Assembly: GCA_050084515.1 (NCBI GenBank)
Contig: CM114271.1
Span: forward strand, 16,182,001-16,246,000
Origin: Blasia pusilla
Taxonomy: Eukaryota
Reading direction: 5' to 3'
Length of the DNA: 64,000 bases
The notes beneath the pieces are model-generated. The model made no database searches. It was not told the DNA's origin and was given only the letters and a program-made list of their open reading frames with translations. Within the stretch, counting starts at the first letter, position 1; each line of letters begins with the position of its first letter. The translations under genes and the position numbers were made by a program. Below are positions 58,113-64,000 of this stretch, in pieces.

Positions 58113-61100
58113 ATGGCTGAGCCCGAACCAGGGTTGGTGCCTGAACAAGGTGCCGACATCAGAAGTGAAAGGGAAGCAGAAGGAGACCTTGAGTCCGTGC
58201 TAGATGACTCCCACAAGGAGGTGAGAGCTCTGAATTTCTGTTGTGAAGGCAGTTGTTGGAACTAGTCAGTAAGAAAGGACTGCGGTGACTTACAATTGTT
58301 GTTTTGAGGGTTTGAAGAATGGAAGATTGTAAACACTGATACTGATTCTCAGAGCTCGTTTTCTAGGCACATACGCCAAGACATGGGCCTAGTAAGCGAG
58401 GCCGCTCAACTGTTCATTTCAAGGAGGTCGTTACCATAGAGTAGAGACTCAGCTGTCATTGCATCTAAGCTGAGGTCTTGAAGAACGCATTATAAGTTGC
58501 CAGATTGTCTGCCTACTTTTGAAGCTACCATGTACTCGGCTGTCCATCGTTACGTGTTCAAAGCCTGACTTCTCTAACATTTTATGTGCCTAGTTGCATA
58601 GGCAATGAGGAAACATGTTAGTCTTTTTCAAATCTGGAAAGATGTAAAGAACATTAGGAATTACTGATTGGTCACATGCATCTAAGGCTGATGCTTACGC
58701 TGTCTGTATATGGACTTGGGACATGTTTTGGTGACCTATTAGGCTTTGTAGCAAATTCATCTTTATTGAATAATGGATTTCAAGATCAGGAATGGAATAG
58801 AGACAAGAGGCATACACACTGCTATGCCTTGTGTTGCAAGTTTAACAATCTGATGTATGAGTTATCATCAGGGGATCTGTCGTTGTGTGCAAGCAGTGTA
58901 TTGGATTTATGTATGATAGATATGGTAGCAGTCCAGACTTTCTTACAAACGATGTGGCAAACAGATTTAGAGGTAATCCGGGGCAGATAGGCACAGTATC
59001 TGTTACATGTCCTAGTAAAGGCTAAAATGTCACTGTGGGTAACTATCAAGGTTGGTGTGTCTGGTGGATCTTCCAGGCACCTAGGGTGGATTCTGCAGAG
59101 GTAATGAGGCTGAAGGACGAAGTCAATAAAGCTGAAGAGGACTTAGTCAAGTCCACGCAGGCCACTAAAGCAGCAGAGGCTAAAGTGGCAGCTATTGAGG
59201 ACAAATTGACAGAAGTTTTAGAGAAAGCTACTGCACTGGAAGAGGCAGCGAAGATGAATTTGGAGAGGGCATCTGTTGCTGAGGCAAAAGTTCAAGAGCT
59301 TACATTAGAGCTACAAGGAATGGTAGCGACAAATGACACCCATATAGAGAAAGCGTCTGGGGCTCAAGCCAAGATCTCTGATTTGGAAGAAAAACTGAAG
59401 GAGGAAATGTCCAATACTTCAAAAGCTGAGCAGAAAGCAACAGATAATGAATCCAAGTTGAGGGAAGTGGAAGGCGTTGTTGAAGAGTTAAATCTACGAG
59501 TAAAGAGTCTGCAGAGTCAAGCTGAGGTGACTGAAAAGGAAAGCTTGGGATTGAAAAGTGAAATTGAAAACCTCACAATCAGTGTTGCTACAGCTGAGCA
59601 GGAAGCAGGGGAGAGGATTAAGGCTTTACAGGAAGACTTGGGAAGTGCCAAGGCAGAAATAGAGAGCCTAGCCAAGGAGAAAGAAAAGCTCAAGCTTGTG
59701 GAGGCGCAAGTTGCCAAGCTTGAGGGAGAATTGAAAACTGCGGAAGCAAAAGTTGAGGAATTCTCTGCAGAATTAGTAAACAGGAAGTCCCAAAGTGACA
59801 AAGATGCTAAAATTCTTGGGGACAAGGTTGCAACACTGGAGTCCTCACTGGCTTCAGTGCAGGGAGAGCTGAAGGAGGCAGAAGTCAACCTTCAGAAGCA
59901 GTCCGAATCACAAGCAGAGGAATTGGCATCCAAGGAGGAGGCTCTGAAGTCATTAGAGAGCAGCAAAAGTGTCTTGGAAAGCAGAGTTTCTGAGCTTGAA
60001 ACCTCCCTTGCAACGGCTGAAGCCAACTTTAAAGACAGTGAAGAGCAACTGCAAGCTCAAATTGAGCTGCATCTTGCTGATCTTAAAAGCAAGCAAGAGT
60101 CGTTGTCTTCAGCAGAAGCAAAAACAATTGATATGGGTGCAGAGTTGGCATTGTGGTCTGAAAAAATCAAGGCTTTAGAGTCTGAGTTGAAGGAAGTTTC
60201 TGAAAGAGCAAAAGAGCATGAGATGAATGCAAAGACTCATGAGGAAATTGCATTGAAGTCTACAGCTAGGTCGCTTGACTTGGAAAGCTTAGTTGCCAGT
60301 CATGAGGAGAATTCCCAAAAGCACAAAGATACAGTACAATCCTTGCAAGCAGAAGTTGACGAGGCAAAGTCAAAGATTGCTGCTTTGGAGGCCATTGCTG
60401 ATAAGGTACCTAAATTGGAAGAGAGTTTGCAGAGTGCACAGGAGAAGGTGACTGAGCTTGTGGAGAAGTTGAAGTCTGCACAAAGTAAGGCAAGAGAACT
60501 TGAGGAAGTGTCTGCCTTCCATGATGACAATATGAAGGCGTACAAAGATGCAGTTCAATCTTTGCAAAATGAAGTTGAGGCAAACGCAAAGGTAAGTGCA
60601 GAAAAAGTGTCACAACTGGAAGAAAGTCTGCGGTCTTCGCAGGAAAAGTCAATGCAACTGGAAGAGAAGTTCAAGACTTCCGAAGAGAGTGCCAAAGTGC
60701 TAGAGGAGAAGTCTTCACAACTTGAAGGGAAGCTTAAGTCCGCCGAAGAGAAAATAGTAGAGTATGAGAACAGTGCCCATCTTCAGGAAAATAATGTCAT
60801 TCGTTCTGCTGAAAGAGTAGCAGAGTTGGAAGGTTTGGTGGTTGTCTATGAAGGAAAGGTTAAAGAAGCGGCAGATTTGTTGCAGTCAACAAAGGCTGAT
60901 TTACAGAAAGCAAGGTTGGAGGTTACAAATAATGCTGCAGTCCTGGAGGAATTAGAGGTTTCAGTGACTCAGCTCCAGAAGGAGCTCAGTGAAACTCAAG
61001 AAAGGGAGAAGGAACTTGAAGCACAGCTGAAGTCGACTGAAGTCAAAGCTTTGCACCATGAGAAGAATGCACAAGAGGTTCAGACGAAGTCTCTGAACCT

Positions 61101-63470
61101 TGAGGAATTGTTGGCTCTCCATCAAACTCAAGCAAAGGTTGCAGAAGATGAGGCAACATCTCTTAAGTCTGCTATTCTTGAGGTACAAGCTCAGCATGCA
61201 CAGGTTGATTCAGAGGCCAAAGTACTCCAGGAGAAACTTCTCTTTCTAGAAGAGAAAGTGAGAAATGGGGATTTGAGCTCTTCAGAATTAACTGCGAAAA
61301 TTGCTTCGGCTCAAGAGACTGCTGAGGCTATGTCCAGTGAGCTGGGAATCTCAAATAGGAAGTTGGAAGAAAGTGAAGCATTGGGAAAAGAGCTCGAGAA
61401 GAAACTTGCATCAGCAGAGGAGAAGGCGTCAACCGTTGAGTTACAGTTGATTGCAATCATGGAAAGTAGTGCAAAGTTGACGGAGGATTTTTCGAGCCTG
61501 AAGTCTCAAGCAATTACTGAGCATGACCATCTCACATCCAAGGTACCTACTTTCTATTGAAAAATTCTTTGCCTTGCTTGATCTTTCCTTGTTTCAATGA
61601 GGGATGGTGCCTGTGCCCAAGACCGTTCAATTACATTTATGGATTTTATAATTCAATTACTTTATGGGATGGTGAGATGGGATGAGAGTTGATTATAAGT
61701 GGTGATGGCTTAAGGAGGACAGGTGAGATCTTTGGAGTCTGCCAAACCGTGTCTGCTGAGTGAAACTAAACCTGCTCTCATGATGTTATATGTGTCTGTT
61801 TGCAGATTGTTGATCTTACCTCAGATAAAGATGCTCTCAGTGCTGAACTAGTAGTCACACAGAAGCGCCTCGAAGAGTTTATGAATGGGGTATCAGAGAA
61901 AGATTCTCTTGCTGCGGAACTTGTGGAGACCCAAAGACGTCTGCAAGAGGTGATCGAAGAAAAGCAGCAGGAGGCACTGAAGTCAAGAAACTACAGAACA
62001 GCCAAGGAGACTGCGCTTGAGGCTGAGCTTCATGGCCTTAAGGGGCAGCTGAAGGATGCAGAAATCAAACTTAGGGGTTTAAAGGAACTCCAGCAGAAAG
62101 TGTTAATAGCTGATGAGAAGCAGCGGGAACAGGTCTTTCTCAACCCACTATTACTTACAAGCCTTTCCTTGCAGAAAACATTAGTAGCACAACTTAATTT
62201 TTTTTTTTTTTGGGGGTATGTGATGATATAAACTGGATTTGACAGCACTTTTTTTCTGTTCAAGAAATTAATGGTTATCTGTTCGTTGGAGTGTGCTTTG
62301 TAAGCTTTTTCTCCGGTATGGGCATGTTGATTCTTTTGACTTCTTTATGGTAACGAAATAGAATACATAATTTTTGAAGATTGGTGATGGTTGTTAAAGT
62401 TCGATATTTCTTCATGTTGAGATGTTCTTCTGAGTTTGAAACACAGAGGTCTGAGTATGAATAAATGTGGAATACAATCGAGAATTAAAACGAGGTGCAC
62501 GGTGTGTGGAAAATTGTCTTGTATCTTCTATGTCTTGTTGTACGGCTGCTTTGGTTGGTTAGAGATGAGAATTGGTCGTGGTAATTTTGATGAGCAGACG
62601 TCCTTGAAGGTCTGACTACCTTTGATATTCCTAATGGCTGCATCCAGAGTGCCAGTGTTCTGAAGGAGCGTCAGAAATATGCAAGCACTCTAGAGGAGCT
62701 CTCAAAGTTGAAGGAAGAGATGGCATCTCTGCAGAAATCTGCATCTGAACAAGGAGCTGTCATTTCTGAGTTAAAAGAACAACTGGAATCTCAGAAGAAG
62801 TCTTCAATTGCACAAGAGGAGGTGGTATTAAAACTGAAAAATCAGTTGAAGGAATGTCCCAAGGAGACATCAACCAATTCTCATGAGGAAGTGATACAGC
62901 TAAAAGAACAACTGGCTACTCAGGTTTGGCAGTGCAACCTTGTAAATTTCTCTAATCCAACTCCACATGGACGGTGGTGTGTACATGTGGACGAGATCTT
63001 GGGCTAGTTGCAGTAGAATATATTTGCAAGCTGACTTGGTGGTATTGTTTTCATAAGGTAGAGGTTCTCTTACCATACTGTGCTGTTTCGGTTCTGTTTC
63101 TGTGAAGTTCGTGTTAAAGTTGCATCTAAGACCTCTATGCCCGCAGAAATCTGAGCACGAAAAGCAGAAATCCGAATTCGAAAAGCAGAGAACTGAGTAC
63201 GAAAAGCTTCAAGCACAATTCAATTCCACAACTGTCGCGACAAAGGATTTCACCTCAAAAGCCCCTGCACAAGATGGGAAACTAAGGAGGAGGAGGAGCA
63301 AGAAGGGCAATATGCAGGAGGATTATACTGCACCTGAAGATGTAGTGGATGAGAAGGGTACCACTGTGAAATCAAGCTCCATCAGTAGAGGTCTTCTGAG
63401 TATGCTTGTCGCCATTTCTGTAGGATCATCCCTGTTAAGCTTCTACTTCACCAAGAGGATCTATCAATGA
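58113..63470 (+). CDS. Long coiled-coil, C-terminally tail-anchored protein (PICC/PICL-like), ~1166 aa; exons 58113-58220, 59077-61542, 61806-62132, 62648-62923, 63147-63470
   Basis: All four introns are GT-AG and phase 0, giving one open frame. The protein is E/K/L/S-rich with heptads and has a single terminal hydrophobic segment GLLSMLVAISVGSSLLSFYF followed by TKRIYQ. The family name rests on architecture only. Confidence 0.85.
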
Positions 63471-64000
63471 ACATACAGCCCAGAGGAGAAATGCCTATCT
63501 ATTGAATAGACTCATGCCAGAGTTATACCTCAAACGGTAGCGATGACATCAACGTTTAGGGTTGAGGCATTGGCATGGTGAGTTGCCATTGGGCGTAGTA
63601 TCTCTTAAACAAACGGATACCTGTTTCTTGTAGATAGCCTCCTAGTCGATTATGCATATGCACGGCGTCACCGCCCTCGGAAGTGGCTGTAACTGCACTG
63701 ATTCTTCCCCATTTTCTCTCACCAGTTTAACAACAGAAACGAGTACCTTATGATGAAAGTAGTTCATTAGCTGTTGGCTAGTCGCATTAAACAGTTCCTT
63801 ACCTTATTTTTTCCAGTAAGGACTCTGTCATGTTATTTCATGTTTCTTGTCCGCATTGGATACCAATATGACCTTTCCGCACCAGTAAAATTGAGATTAT
63901 TTATCATCCGAGTCATATTGGAACTTTGAAGCGCCTTTTTTGAAGACCCTCAGACCAAACCCTTAAGAAGTGTACGGGCATTTTCTGACTCTTACGGCAG

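Noticed and set aside
59517-61197. Minus-strand ORFs opposite the coiled-coil gene
   Set aside because: Antisense shadows of a biased E/K/L-rich coding exon.

Overview
Eukaryotic, plant-like genomic window (GT-AG introns, transposon-rich). It holds two apparently intact host genes: a 10-exon tRNA 2-thiouridylase MnmA on the minus strand (9230-17640) and a 5-exon, ~1166-aa tail-anchored coiled-coil protein resembling PICC/PICL on the plus strand (58113-63470). Most of the rest is transposon-derived. The standout is a decayed minus-strand Ty3/Gypsy-type retrotransposon (~21716-31194). Its pol reads protease - C5 cytosine DNA methyltransferase (DNMT3-like, motifs I, IV, VI, VIII, IX, X in canonical order) - RT - RNase H - integrase - PHD finger, so it carries both a methylation writer and a putative histone reader. 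It shows no matching LTR pair, and relatives lie at 1-2275 and 31195-35937. Also present: a 12.6-kb Mutator-like element with TIRs, an 8-bp TSD, a SWIM transposase and a convergent unknown gene; a hAT-type MITE; a probable non-autonomous Helitron; LINE and Gypsy debris; and a near-identical 2.6-kb tandem duplication that may be an assembly artefact. All calls come from manual reading; no database searches were run.
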